Assembly (NCBI GenBank): GCA_963768855.1
Contig: CAVYJM010000006.1
Span: 96,001-160,000, forward strand
DNA length: 64,000 nt
Reading direction: 5' to 3'
Source of the DNA: an uncultured Thermoplasmata archaeon
GTDB lineage: Archaea; Thermoplasmatota; Thermoplasmata; RBG-16-68-12
Part shown: piece after piece, positions 32,168-41,019 of the stretch
Position numbering within the stretch: position 1 is the stretch's first letter
Layout of the letters: each line of letters opens with the position of its first letter
Notes under the pieces: generated by a model
Database searches by the model: none
Told to the model about the DNA's origin: nothing
The model's input: the letters and a program-made list of their open reading frames with translations, nothing else
Program-made: the position numbers and the translations under genes

Positions 32168-33305
32168 TCCCCTGTTTTTCTCCCTTGAAATAACAGGGGC
32201 TTGGCTGGAACTTTGGCTAACAATTTCGCACCTGTTAGCCAATTCTGAATCGCGCTTTTCCAATTCCGCACCCGCTTTTTGCGCCGTTTGCAGCGCGGCC
32301 ATGGCGCTGTCCGCGAGCTTGGCGCGGTTCGCGGCCTTGGTGTAGCGTTCCACTTCCTTCAGCGTCTCGTGGCCGCTGACCGACATGATTTCGTGCGCCG
32401 AGCAACCGGCTTCGGCCAGACGGCGGCAGCAGGCTTTGCGCAGGCCATGCGGCGAGCGTCCCTTGGGAACACCGGCCTTGCGCGCCTTATCGGTGAACCA
32501 GTTGTAGAATCCGGTTTCGGTGAAGGCTTCGCCGAACTGCGTTTCGAGAAAGACGGTTTGCTTTGCAAGCGACGGCATCGCCGCAATTGCGGCTTCGAGC
32601 TGCGGCAGAAGCGGAATGTCGATTTCGGCCCCGGTCTTTCTTCTGGCGGTATACCAGCCGCCCGCCGACGATGTGCCCCGGCCCCAGCCGGACGGCATCG
32701 CTGCGGCGCGGGGCGGCGCAAAGCAGCAGCTCAAAGGCCAGACGCTCGCGCGTGCCTATGGCGTAGCAATCGGTGAACAGCTTGATTTCGGCGTCCGGCC
32801 AATCCTTGAAGCCCTTCACCTTGTAGCGGATCGGCTCAACCTCGGTCATCGGGTTGACCCGGATCATTTTGCGCTTCTTGGCGAGCTTCAAGATCGCGCG
32901 CAGCATGCGCCGCAGATTGTTCGCCGCCGCAGGCGTCGCCGCCTTCTTGTCGAGAATGGCGGTGATGTGCTGCTCTTCGAGCCGCGCCACGGGATGATCG
33001 CCGTAATCGGCGCGGAAGCGCTCCAGAATGCCGCGATAGGTTTGCCGCGTGGCATCGGAAAGCTGGATGAAGGCGGCGGTCTGGTAATAGATGGTGATGA
33101 GGTCGGAAACGCTGCCGGGCTTGATCCGGCTTTTGCCCAGCTCGATTTTCTGCCCGGCCATGGCCGCCTCATAGGCCGCCATGAAGTCCGGCGACCAGGG
33201 CAGGCCCGGCAACGGCACCTGTTTGTGCCCTGCCCGTCTCAGATACCAGCGCGGCTTGCCCCGGCAGTCGATATAGCCGTGGCAGTATTTTGGAGGCTGA
33301 CGCAT
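32087..33305 (-). CDS. Tyrosine recombinase / phage-type integrase; frameshift near 32690
   Basis: [24 protein letters not shown]-terminus, catalytic R ([11 protein letters not shown]), [13 protein letters not shown] (H-x-x-R) and [15 protein letters not shown] (H...Y). The frame continues antisense through the tRNA to 32087. Confidence 0.92.
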
Positions 33306-33580
33306 TAGCTGAGTACGCCGTCCCACGGATTTGCCCCTTCGTCCGGTTCGCTCACTTCACCCGCCAGAGCCAATGCCCCGGCTTCCTCTTTCATGCGGTC
33401 CCAATCGCCCGCGAGCGCGACCGCATCGAACAGCACCACGTTTTTGCGGACATGGTATGGCCTGTGCACTTTTCCTTCGACTACCCACTGGCGCAGCTGG
33501 CTTTCGCTGACGCCCAGCATGGCCGCCGCCTGAGCAGCGCGCAGCGCCAGTGGATAAAACGCGTCGCGAATTCGAGACAT
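33305..33580 (-). CDS. Excisionase / AlpA-like small HTH protein
   Basis: LRAAQAAAMLGVSESQLRQWVVEGKVHRP; abuts the integrase start. Confidence 0.75.
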   Translation of the reverse strand: MSRIRDAFYPLALRAAQAAAMLGVSESQLRQWVVEGKVHRPYHVRKNVVLFDAVALAGDWDRMKEEAGALALAGEVSEPDEGANPWDGVLS

Positions 33581-33880
33581 GACGCCTCACCCGCACTTGC
33601 CGGACATGCTCCGGTGCGAAACCGCTCTTTCGATCCTGCTTGCTGTATGATGTTGCGCGGTCCCTGCCCCGCGCCGTTTCGATCACGGCGCTTCGCGCCT
33701 TCGACCGATCATAGGTTTTCAGAAAAATTTGCCCCTAGCGTATAGTGCTTTAGTATAAAGTTTAGGGTCTAGAGTTGATGCAAAGGCAGATCATCAACGC
33801 TTGGTAGAACGCCTGGCAAGAGACGATGCACCGCAACAGCAGGCTATAGCGGGCGACGCCGTCCGTTTGCCTGCGACTGT

Positions 33881-34351
33881 TTATGCTAACGATAGCGCCG
33901 CGCGTTGAATGATTGCTTTAATGGCGATTTCGTAGTTTTCCCGTTCGGCTGGTGGGCGACGCAATATGTATGAGGGATGGCCGATAAAGTAGATAGAATG
34001 CCGTGTGTTTGAGGTGGCCGTCCTCATAGATTGTTTGACGATTTCAAAAGCCTTCCGGACATCCGAGCTTAACGCAATGACAACATCGGCTTCGCGCCAA
34101 ATCCTGTGACTGCGGAGGGGGGCCACGAGCTGATTGGGCTTGGGATTACATTCCTGCCCGCTCGCGCCAAAAAATCCAGTCTCCAAGATGTTGTCGTATT
34201 CCACGCAAATGTTTTGCGGTGCCGCGTTTCCGACAATGCTTCTCAGGTATTTCCCGGAACGGGATCGTACTGAGAATGGCGGATGCAAGGTGCCGCTTGC
34301 GCGGTCAACCTTGCGGCAAGGGCCAAGAAACACAATCACTTTCGAGGTCAT
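33881..34351 (-). CDS. Divergent uracil-DNA glycosylase superfamily protein
   Basis: Ordered UDG-fold elements: VIVFLGPC (motif A position), PPF..RSRSGKYL, YDNI, VVIAL, IYFIGHPSYILRR (motif B, HPS). ATGA overlap with the radical SAM stop codon. Confidence 0.68.
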   Translation of the reverse strand: MTSKVIVFLGPCRKVDRASGTLHPPFSVRSRSGKYLRSIVGNAAPQNICVEYDNILETGFFGASGQECNPKPNQLVAPLRSHRIWREADVVIALSSDVRKAFEIVKQSMRTATSNTRHSIYFIGHPSYILRRPPAERENYEIAIKAIIQRAALSLA

Positions 34352-35751
34352 CGGGGACGTAGCTCGTTTTGTGTTTGCATGATGCGGACCACGGCCTGTT
34401 TTATTTCAGGCACGGGCACTTCGCCGAACTGGAGTCCCGTGGAGAAACTGAATTCGTCGCGGTCGGCCGGTGCCTGGCTTTCGGATTCCTGAGTGTAGTT
34501 AAGCAGCTTATCTTGCGCGAATCCGGCGGCGCGAAGGCGATTCCAATCGGTTGTGCCGGGATAGGGCCTGTAGGCAAAAATGCTGCACCGGAAGGCTCCG
34601 GGCATGGCTTCGGTTGTCTTCCACAAGCGTTTGATGAAAGCCTCGGTTTGCGCCTGCTCGTCACGGGTTTCTGTTGGCATGCCAAGGATGAAAAATCCTT
34701 TCACATCGACCGCCGGCGCGGCAAAGCTTGAGCACGGCGGCTTCGGCCTGGTGGCCGTGATGTTTTTGCCGATATGTCTCAGGAGCCTGTCGCTTCCAGA
34801 TTCGATACCCAAAGCAATTTCGTGAGCGCCGCTTTCGCGCATGCCGTCAATGAGGCTGTTCGGGGCATTGGCGATGATGTTGGCCCGGCCGTTGGCATCC
34901 CATAGGAGCTGTGTGCGCGCTTCGGCGAAGGCATCGAAGATGCCGCGCATGATCTTCTGACTTGCAAGAAACAGGTCATCGACGAAACGAACCCGGCGAA
35001 CGCCGAGGCCGTCCCTGAGCTGGCGCATTTCGTCAATGATGTTGCTGGCGGAACGCATACGGATTTTTCCGGTTGCGCTGGCGGCGGCTCCGCAAAACGA
35101 GCATTTGAATGGGCACCCGCGCGAAGCAACCATTGCAGATTCCACGATACCTGCATCGACGTAAGGGTCTTGAACAAGAAATTTCCGGTTCACGAAGGGC
35201 AAGGCGTTGATGTCGGGCACCAGCCAGTAGTCGTCACCTGACCCGCTTTTTGCCGTACCGTCCTGCTCACGCCAATAGACGTGGGGTAAGCTTTTTCGTG
35301 CCGATGTATCTTCCAGAAGCCGGACTACACGCGTTTCAGCTTCGCCAAGCACGAGGGCGTCGATTCGCGGTATGGCTTCGTCCTGAAGAACTTCGCCCGG
35401 CATCGCTTGGGCGTGATGGCCGCCCAGCATGATTTTTATGTCTGGGGAGAGGCCCTGCAAGATCGCAGTACTGATCTTGTATGTCGGGGATAGGAGATTG
35501 AGGCCCACCCATTTTGGGTTGAGATCATTGGCAATCTTTATAACCTGTGTAATGCTTAGTGCCCGTGCCTCGGCGTCTAGCACGTCTACGGAAAAGCCAC
35601 TGCGCTCTGCGTTGGTTGCGATATAGGCCAGTCCAAGAGTAGGCAAAGTGAAGTCATTTATGCGCGTGGATACCCCATAATCTTTCAATGGTGAGTTTAT
35701 AAGCAGCAGGTCAACATGGGACGGCATAATTTTAGCGCATGCAAAATGCAT
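34348..35751 (-). CDS. B12-binding radical SAM protein (class B methyltransferase-like)
   Basis: N-terminal cobalamin-binding domain (LPTLGLAYIAT...DVLDAEA...LGGHHA...GEAE), SRGCPFKCSFC, FVDDLF, GIESGS and GFFILGMPTET...YPGT. A likely compensating frameshift pair lies near ITATRPKPP. Probable start at MPSHVDLL. Confidence 0.93.
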   Translation of the reverse strand: MHFACAKIMPSHVDLLLINSPLKDYGVSTRINDFTLPTLGLAYIATNAERSGFSVDVLDAEARALSITQVIKIANDLNPKWVGLNLLSPTYKISTAILQGLSPDIKIMLGGHHAQAMPGEVLQDEAIPRIDALVLGEAETRVVRLLEDTSARKSLPHVYWREQDGTAKSGSGDDYWLVPDINALPFVNRKFLVQDPYVDAGIVESAMVASRGCPFKCSFCGAAASATGKIRMRSASNIIDEMRQLRDGLGVRRVRFVDDLFLASQKIMRGIFDAFAEARTQLLWDANGRANIIANAPNSLIDGMRESGAHEIALGIESGSDRLLRHIGKNITATRPKPPCSSFAAPAVDVKGFFILGMPTETRDEQAQTEAFIKRLWKTTEAMPGAFRCSIFAYRPYPGTTDWNRLRAAGFAQDKLLNYTQESESQAPADRDEFSFSTGLQFGEVPVPEIKQAVVRIMQTQNELRPR

Positions 35752-36064
35752 TGGAAACAGTATTTATAATAACGGCAAGCTTATAGCATGCCCATATCGA
35801 AATAATATTGCAAATTGGATGGGCGGTTTGTTATATTGAGAAGTCTACCTAATAGGCTGTCGTGTTATCCGACGAGATTGGTCCCCGTTTCGTGGGCACA
35901 AAGAGCCAGACGCCCTTGTCAAGCCAGGCGTATGAGGCCGAGAAGCAGGTAACGTGCTATCCAGGCCTTCCCAACAGTCTCCATCGCAAGCAAGTAATTG
36001 CGCCCTGGCAAAAATGCGTTCTGAACGGTATTATAGAAACGTAACCGGCCGGACCTAAAATCGC

Positions 36065-36298
36065 ATGCTAAAAACCTCTAGGGCTCTGAGCCCGCTTCAC
36101 TCCAAAGACCCAGCCGCCGCAGCCTGGAGAGCGGCACAAGCCCACGTCGATGCGGATATCGAAGGCCTGTCGCGCGATCCTGACGCTGACAGAATGGTGA
36201 GCGATATGCGCGCCCAAGGCATCGAACCCAGGGACCGTATCAAAGCCCTCATCAGCCACTTCAAGGCTCGTAGCACCCACACACCGGCGGAGCCGTGA
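36065..36298 (+). CDS. Small FicA/VbhA-like antitoxin
   Basis: 77 aa directly upstream of and overlapping a Fic gene; DADIEGL resembles the (S/T)xxxE(G/N) inhibitory motif. Confidence 0.65.
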   Translation: MLKTSRALSPLHSKDPAAAAWRAAQAHVDADIEGLSRDPDADRMVSDMRAQGIEPRDRIKALISHFKARSTHTPAEP

Positions 36299-36910
36299 GT
36301 TATCTCCGCACAGCCAATGAACGCGCCGCTTACCGGCGCATTTTTTATCCGGGCACGGAAACCTACGTTAACAAGCTTGGCATACGCGACCGGGAACTCC
36401 TTGAGCGAACCGAGCGCGCCCTCACGGCAAACCGTGCCGAAGAAGGTTTTCCGCCGAAAGCCAATCATAGGACCTACACCGGTTTTAAAGCCATTCACCG
36501 CCACTTGTTTCAGGATCTTTACGTCTGGGCCGGAAAGGAGCGCCGTTACACAACAGGGCGTGGAGCGACACCCTTTGCAGTGCCAGAATACATCACCTCA
36601 TGGATGCAAGAACCAATTCGCTGAATTGAAACGCGACCGTTACTTGGTTGGCCGTTCCAAACGCGAATTTGCAACGTGCGCGGCGAAGTATGTCAATGAG
36701 ATCAACGCCGCGCATCCTTTCGTTGATGGTAACGGACGGACGCAACGGTTCTGGCTGCGCATGCTTGCGGTGAACGCGGGTTTTGAGCTTACCCTTGGGA
36801 CCGGCGATGCGAAGCGTTGGAACGAAGCTTCCCGCCTCGGTTTTGAAAAAGGCGATCACACGGCGATGGCACGCTTGCTTGAAAGGCGGCTGACGTTGCA
36901 GCCAGCGTAA
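36295..36910 (+). CDS. Fic/DOC family AMP-transferase (FicT-like); frameshift near 36610
   Basis: YPGTETYVNKLGIRD, AIHRHLFQDLYVWAG and the canonical HPFVDGNGRTQR motif. Confidence 0.92.
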
Positions 36911-36952
36911 GCTCGCGCCGCAATGATCGGGCGCAGCAGGGCCGTTTGCGCA

Positions 36953-37993
36953 TTACGGTGCGGGTTTTCCCTTCGTGTAGCTCTTCACCCACCCGAGAAA
37001 GCGCGCGTCCTCGTTGCGCGCCGCTTCCTTGTCCTTGGCCCAAGCGGTGTAGATGTTTTCGAGCATGTATTTGTCCCAGCCGGGCGCGACGCTGTAGAGC
37101 TGCTCAATTGCTTGCGACGAAACCATGATCCGGCGTTCGCCGCTCTCAGCGGAAGCCTTCGGCACAGCAGCAAGCTTCGTATCCGCTTCCGCCCGTCGCC
37201 AAAACACCACCTGCTCCTCTTCGAGCGTCATGGTGTAATCGGGAAGATGGTTCGATTTCACAGTGTGGCGCACATGGCGGAGAAAGAAGCGGCGCTCCAT
37301 GCGCGATCCGCATTTCTTTTGCAGCTTGTCCAGGCCGATGCGCCATTTACTGCTGCTGCCGCAATGCTTCCGCGCCAGCTCATACAGACGCCGGTCGAGC
37401 GGCCTCCTCAGCCGGAAATAATCCCGGCTAATCGGCACAACCTCGGCGCTTTCGATGGCCCTAAAAATCCAGTCGCAAAGCGTGATCTCCAGATAACGCA
37501 ACCGGTCGGCATGCATGCTTCCCTTGCGGTTATATTCGTAGGAACTGATGAGCGAGAAGCCTTTGACGGTTTTTTCATCGCCGGTTTCAATCGTGGTTTG
37601 AATAACCGTTCCCGCTAGACGCTGCAATGCAGCTTCAAGGCGCTTGTAGCCATTGTCATTGGTTTGCTTGTTGGTCTGAACCAAGAGATCGTGCGTCGTC
37701 AACCGCACCGTCGACCCGATTTTCTGCCCGGCATTCCGCATCGCCATCAGTTTTGAAATGCAATAGATCAAGACATCCTTGTCATAGACCGTCGGCAGTC
37801 CGCGCGCGCCCGGTATAATCTCGATTTTTTGATCGTCATGCGCATAGGACAGTTCCCGCAAGTCGGGCCTGGAGGATAGCGAATAAATCGGATGCTCCAT
37901 CGACGCCATGTCCGAGCGCGGGACCACATCCATAACATCGAGAACGAAAAAGTCGCGAACGGGGTGGCGATCAGGAAGAAGCGGCGAGGGCAT
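36953..37993 (-). CDS. repA: Plasmid replication initiator protein A (alphaproteobacterial RepA/RPA family)
   Basis: DMASMEHPIYSLS, GLPTVYDKDVLIYCIS, YKRLEAALQRLAGTVI and DYFRLRRPLDRRLYELARKHCG motifs; intact. Confidence 0.92.
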   Translation of the reverse strand: MPSPLLPDRHPVRDFFVLDVMDVVPRSDMASMEHPIYSLSSRPDLRELSYAHDDQKIEIIPGARGLPTVYDKDVLIYCISKLMAMRNAGQKIGSTVRLTTHDLLVQTNKQTNDNGYKRLEAALQRLAGTVIQTTIETGDEKTVKGFSLISSYEYNRKGSMHADRLRYLEITLCDWIFRAIESAEVVPISRDYFRLRRPLDRRLYELARKHCGSSSKWRIGLDKLQKKCGSRMERRFFLRHVRHTVKSNHLPDYTMTLEEEQVVFWRRAEADTKLAAVPKASAESGERRIMVSSQAIEQLYSVAPGWDKYMLENIYTAWAKDKEAARNEDARFLGWVKSYTKGKPAP

Positions 37994-38032
37994 AAGTCGA
38001 GGCTAACAATCTAGTTTGAGCTGAGCAAGTGA

Positions 38033-38250
38033 TTTGCCCCTTCACTCACGCTTTCGCCCCTTCAATCACAAATCTTCGCCCCTTTGGTCACAAGACTTCG
38101 CCCCTTCGATCACAAATATTCGCCTCTTTACTCACAGTGGCATCTTGCATCAATATGATTTAGAACGATTATTCTACTTATACACAGCCCGTAACTATCT
38201 GGAATCTGATGTTAACTTATTTAACTCACTGGGATTTTGAATTTGGAAAA
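38033..38250. promoter_or_regulatory. Iteron-type origin of replication: five ~22-bp direct repeats plus AT-rich tract
   Basis: TTCGCCCCTTyrrTCACA units start at 38033, 38053, 38075, 38097 and 38119, upstream of repA; AT-rich stretch ~38150-38250. Confidence 0.85.
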
Positions 38251-38296
38251 GAAAGAAGGGGCAAACGGATGCAGCCCCCCTTGCCCCAGATGCCCT

Positions 38297-38924
38297 TCAT
38301 TCCACGAGAGAGAGTTCTGGCAAACAGTGCGCATCATAATAATCGGAGACTGTTTCGAAAGCCCGCCGCGCCGTTTGCCGTACTGCCGTCGAAGGAGCTG
38401 CCAGCTCACCGGTCAGCAAATCGGAAATCGAATTTACAAAGGGGATGGCTGGCAGGAGGATTTGCTCCGGAAAGGCGCGCGTGAGACCATCGATCAAATA
38501 CAGGGCGGCTTGTGCGGCAAAGGCATTGGTAGGCCAGGCGCTCGGCCAAGCGAGTGCCTTTGGCATTGCCGCCAAAGATTGCCGCGGCGGTATCGATGTC
38601 TTCTTCAGAGGCCCGAAAAGGCAGGATCGTGAGCCCAACGTGCTTAGAGACTTCGATGTCGAACTCGGGCCGGTTGCCCCCGCCGTCGATGACAAGCCAG
38701 CCGTTCAGGTTGCTGCGGCTAGAGTTCAAAATGAGCGCCAGCTGCTCCGGCAGACGGCCATCGAGCACCGCATAAGGCCGCCCCTGCCCGCGCACTTTGC
38801 GCTTGGGATCGGTTAAGGCGTATGCAGCGGGAACCCCAGACAAGTAAGCGCCGAGGCAAATCAAATGCGAGGAAGCCGTCTTGGTGGTCCCGCCCTTGTC
38901 GCCAAGGATGGCAATGGTTTTCAT
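38297..38924 (-). CDS. ParA-family partition ATPase; frameshift near 38570
   Basis: MKTIAILGDKGGTTKTASS (deviant Walker A) and WLVIDGGG (Walker B); the C-terminus is in ORF 38297..38695. Confidence 0.8.
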
Positions 38925-39247
38925 GACGCCCCCGGACGGCCACGCTCCAGAACTTCGAGCATGATTTCCTGCGCCGAGACCACGCGCCGTTCGATCTTGG
39001 TGCGTTCGGCGGCTTCGAAGGTATAGTCATCCAAAAGGCTGCGATCCGGCCGCAAGGTGATTTGCACCGTGTCAGCGGCCTTCGCCTTGGCGGACCTTTT
39101 GACAGCCATAGGTTCGGCTTTCCCAGCCCGATCCGGTACAACGGGCTCTTGTTCCGGTTGCGGCAGGGGCAAGTGGAGTTTTCGCCGCACCGTCAGCGAA
39201 GCTGCCAGGGCAAGGGCGTCTCGGTTCGGCTTCACGGCGTTCCCCAT
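38921..39247 (-). CDS. Small ParA partner protein (ParG/ribbon-helix-helix-like)
   Basis: Unstructured N-terminus, then VQITLRPDRSLLDDYTFEAAER...SAQEIMLEVLE; ATGA overlap with parA. Confidence 0.55.
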   Translation of the reverse strand: MGNAVKPNRDALALAASLTVRRKLHLPLPQPEQEPVVPDRAGKAEPMAVKRSAKAKAADTVQITLRPDRSLLDDYTFEAAERTKIERRVVSAQEIMLEVLERGRPGAS

Positions 39248-39586
39248 TTTTCGAATGTTCAAATGTATAACTTTTTGATACTTAGAACTTAAGAGGTTAA
39301 AAACTGGTAAACACAAAGCTTTGCCGATTTATAACGTCATGCAAGCATGGTTGCAGCGAGTTTTAAATCTTTGAAACGGAAAAGCTGTAACTTTGCAAAA
39401 CTAATACGTTACACAATCGCAGTGCCGCAAAGGCTAGAATTATCGGTCCTCTAACGCTGTGATGCCGGGCAATTCCAACTTCGTGAAGTTACAACGCCAG
39501 CCGGATAATCCAAGGGTAGCCAGCGAACGGATTTGGCAGACTTTTTTTCTGGCCTCGAAGGGGACTTTTTGTGATAGAATTACTTT

Positions 39587-39949
39587 ATGAGCAATTTACT
39601 CGACCATGCCATTGATGCCGTTAAGCGGCTCCCCGAAGACCGGCAACATGTCGTCGCCGAGGCCATGCTGGCGCTCGCCGAAAATGAAGCGCCATCGCAG
39701 TTTACCTTAGAGCCTGCGGGAGAGGAGCCAACCGAGGAGCAAATCCTTGCACTCATACCGACGGTGATGCCTTCGGCCGTACCCAGCAAGGCCGAAGTTG
39801 CCGCATGGAATAGGCTTTCAGAAGACGAACAACTCCGCCGTTACCGGCAAGCCCTCAATCACCCCGATTGCGACCGCATCTCCCATCTAAGCATGGATGA
39901 CATTCTTGCGCTCGCGCGCCAGGACGCAGCGCAGGCCGGGCATGCCTAA
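39587..39949 (+). CDS. Putative antitoxin upstream of ParE
   Basis: Acidic 120-aa ORF overlapping the parE start; ends HLSMDDILALAR, like ParD tails. Confidence 0.65.
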   Translation: MSNLLDHAIDAVKRLPEDRQHVVAEAMLALAENEAPSQFTLEPAGEEPTEEQILALIPTVMPSAVPSKAEVAAWNRLSEDEQLRRYRQALNHPDCDRISHLSMDDILALARQDAAQAGHA

Positions 39950-40238
39950 ATTCCGGCTGACGGACGCGGCAGCGGCCAAGCTTCGCGTCATTCTCCGCGA
40001 CTCCGAGCTGAAATTTGGGCGGCATCAAACGGACATCTACTACGCCGGTTTTATCAAAACCTTCGAGCTTCTTTGTCATTTTCCCGGCATAGCGCGCAGC
40101 GTCGACCATCTCCGTTCAGGCTACCGCCGGTACCGCTACGAGTCTCACATGATTTTTTTTACGGCCGAAAACGATGAGATTGTCATCCGCGATCTTTTTC
40201 ACACCGCTCAGAATATCACGAAGGACATGCTTGGATAG
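39942..40238 (+). CDS. ParE/RelE family toxin
   Basis: MPKFRLTDAAAAKL..I.....FG..Q...Y.....FELL..FPGIAR....LRSGYRRYRYESHMIFF. Confidence 0.88.
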   Translation: MPKFRLTDAAAAKLRVILRDSELKFGRHQTDIYYAGFIKTFELLCHFPGIARSVDHLRSGYRRYRYESHMIFFTAENDEIVIRDLFHTAQNITKDMLG

Positions 40239-40956
40239 GCTATCTATCGGCTAGCCCGAGGATATCCGGCTATGAGAGCGAAGGGCCAGCGACTTTCCAG
40301 AACGCTGGCCCCCGTGATTTTCATCACCTTGCACGGTCATCGGGACTCCTCCCTGTACCGTGCGCCGAGTTTAGCAACGAATCTCCGCCTGCGTCCATAG
40401 GCCAGGGCGAAACTTAAACCACGTACCACGGATCAGCCCAGAAACTCCGCGCCGCAAAAAAATCTTCTCCTGCCAGCGCACATCATCTTGCCAAAAAATA
40501 CTCCACGGAGAGCGCGAGAGGTGTGAAACCTCTCGCATGGGGCGAGGCCCTCGGCCGAGCCCCCAAAATAACGGGTCGCGCGCTTTAGCGCGCGTCCACA
40601 TTGCCGCACTTCGCCATTAGTCCGCAGCTGTAACGATTGTTACCGGCGCTTGCCACAAGCATCGCTGACCCGGCGAAGCCGAGCCGTTTTTTTTGAGCCG
40701 GAATGCCGGCGGCTTCGCCGCCACAAGCAGGCGCGGCGAAGCCGCGTCGCGCAAATTTTTCGGGTTCATCCATTCCGGCTTTGCAACGGCAAAACGTGGG
40801 CCGAGCCGCCGCGCGAAAATTCCGACCGCATGCGCAACGGGACTGCCGCCGGGCATCGGGACCATGTCTGTGCTGATGTTCAGTCTAGACGACACTAAGC
40901 CGCTGTTCCGGTGTCGTAATCTTTACGGGTTGTTAGCAGAATCTGCCGTGGAAGAA

Positions 40957-40990
40957 GGAGGCGCACTTATGGGTTTTCGTTCCGAAAACC
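40957..40990 (-). promoter_or_regulatory. MOBQ-type origin of transfer (oriT / nic site)
   Basis: Minus strand reads GGTTTTCG-GAA-CGAAAACC (inverted repeat), then C-ATAAGTGCGCCTCC, matching the RSF1010-type TAAGTGCGCCCT nic core; 30 bp upstream of the relaxase ATG. Confidence 0.82.
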
Positions 40991-41019
40991 GCAGGCGCAT
41001 GGCGCGGGCACGGAACTTT

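Noticed and set aside
38033-38137. Regularly spaced repeats as a CRISPR array
   Set aside because: Units are ~22 bp and adjacent with no unique spacers, no cas genes are present, and the position upstream of repA fits iterons.
40585-40895. mobC/traD-like gene divergent from the relaxase
   Set aside because: The position is suggestive but no frame gives a recognisable motif, so it is not supportable.
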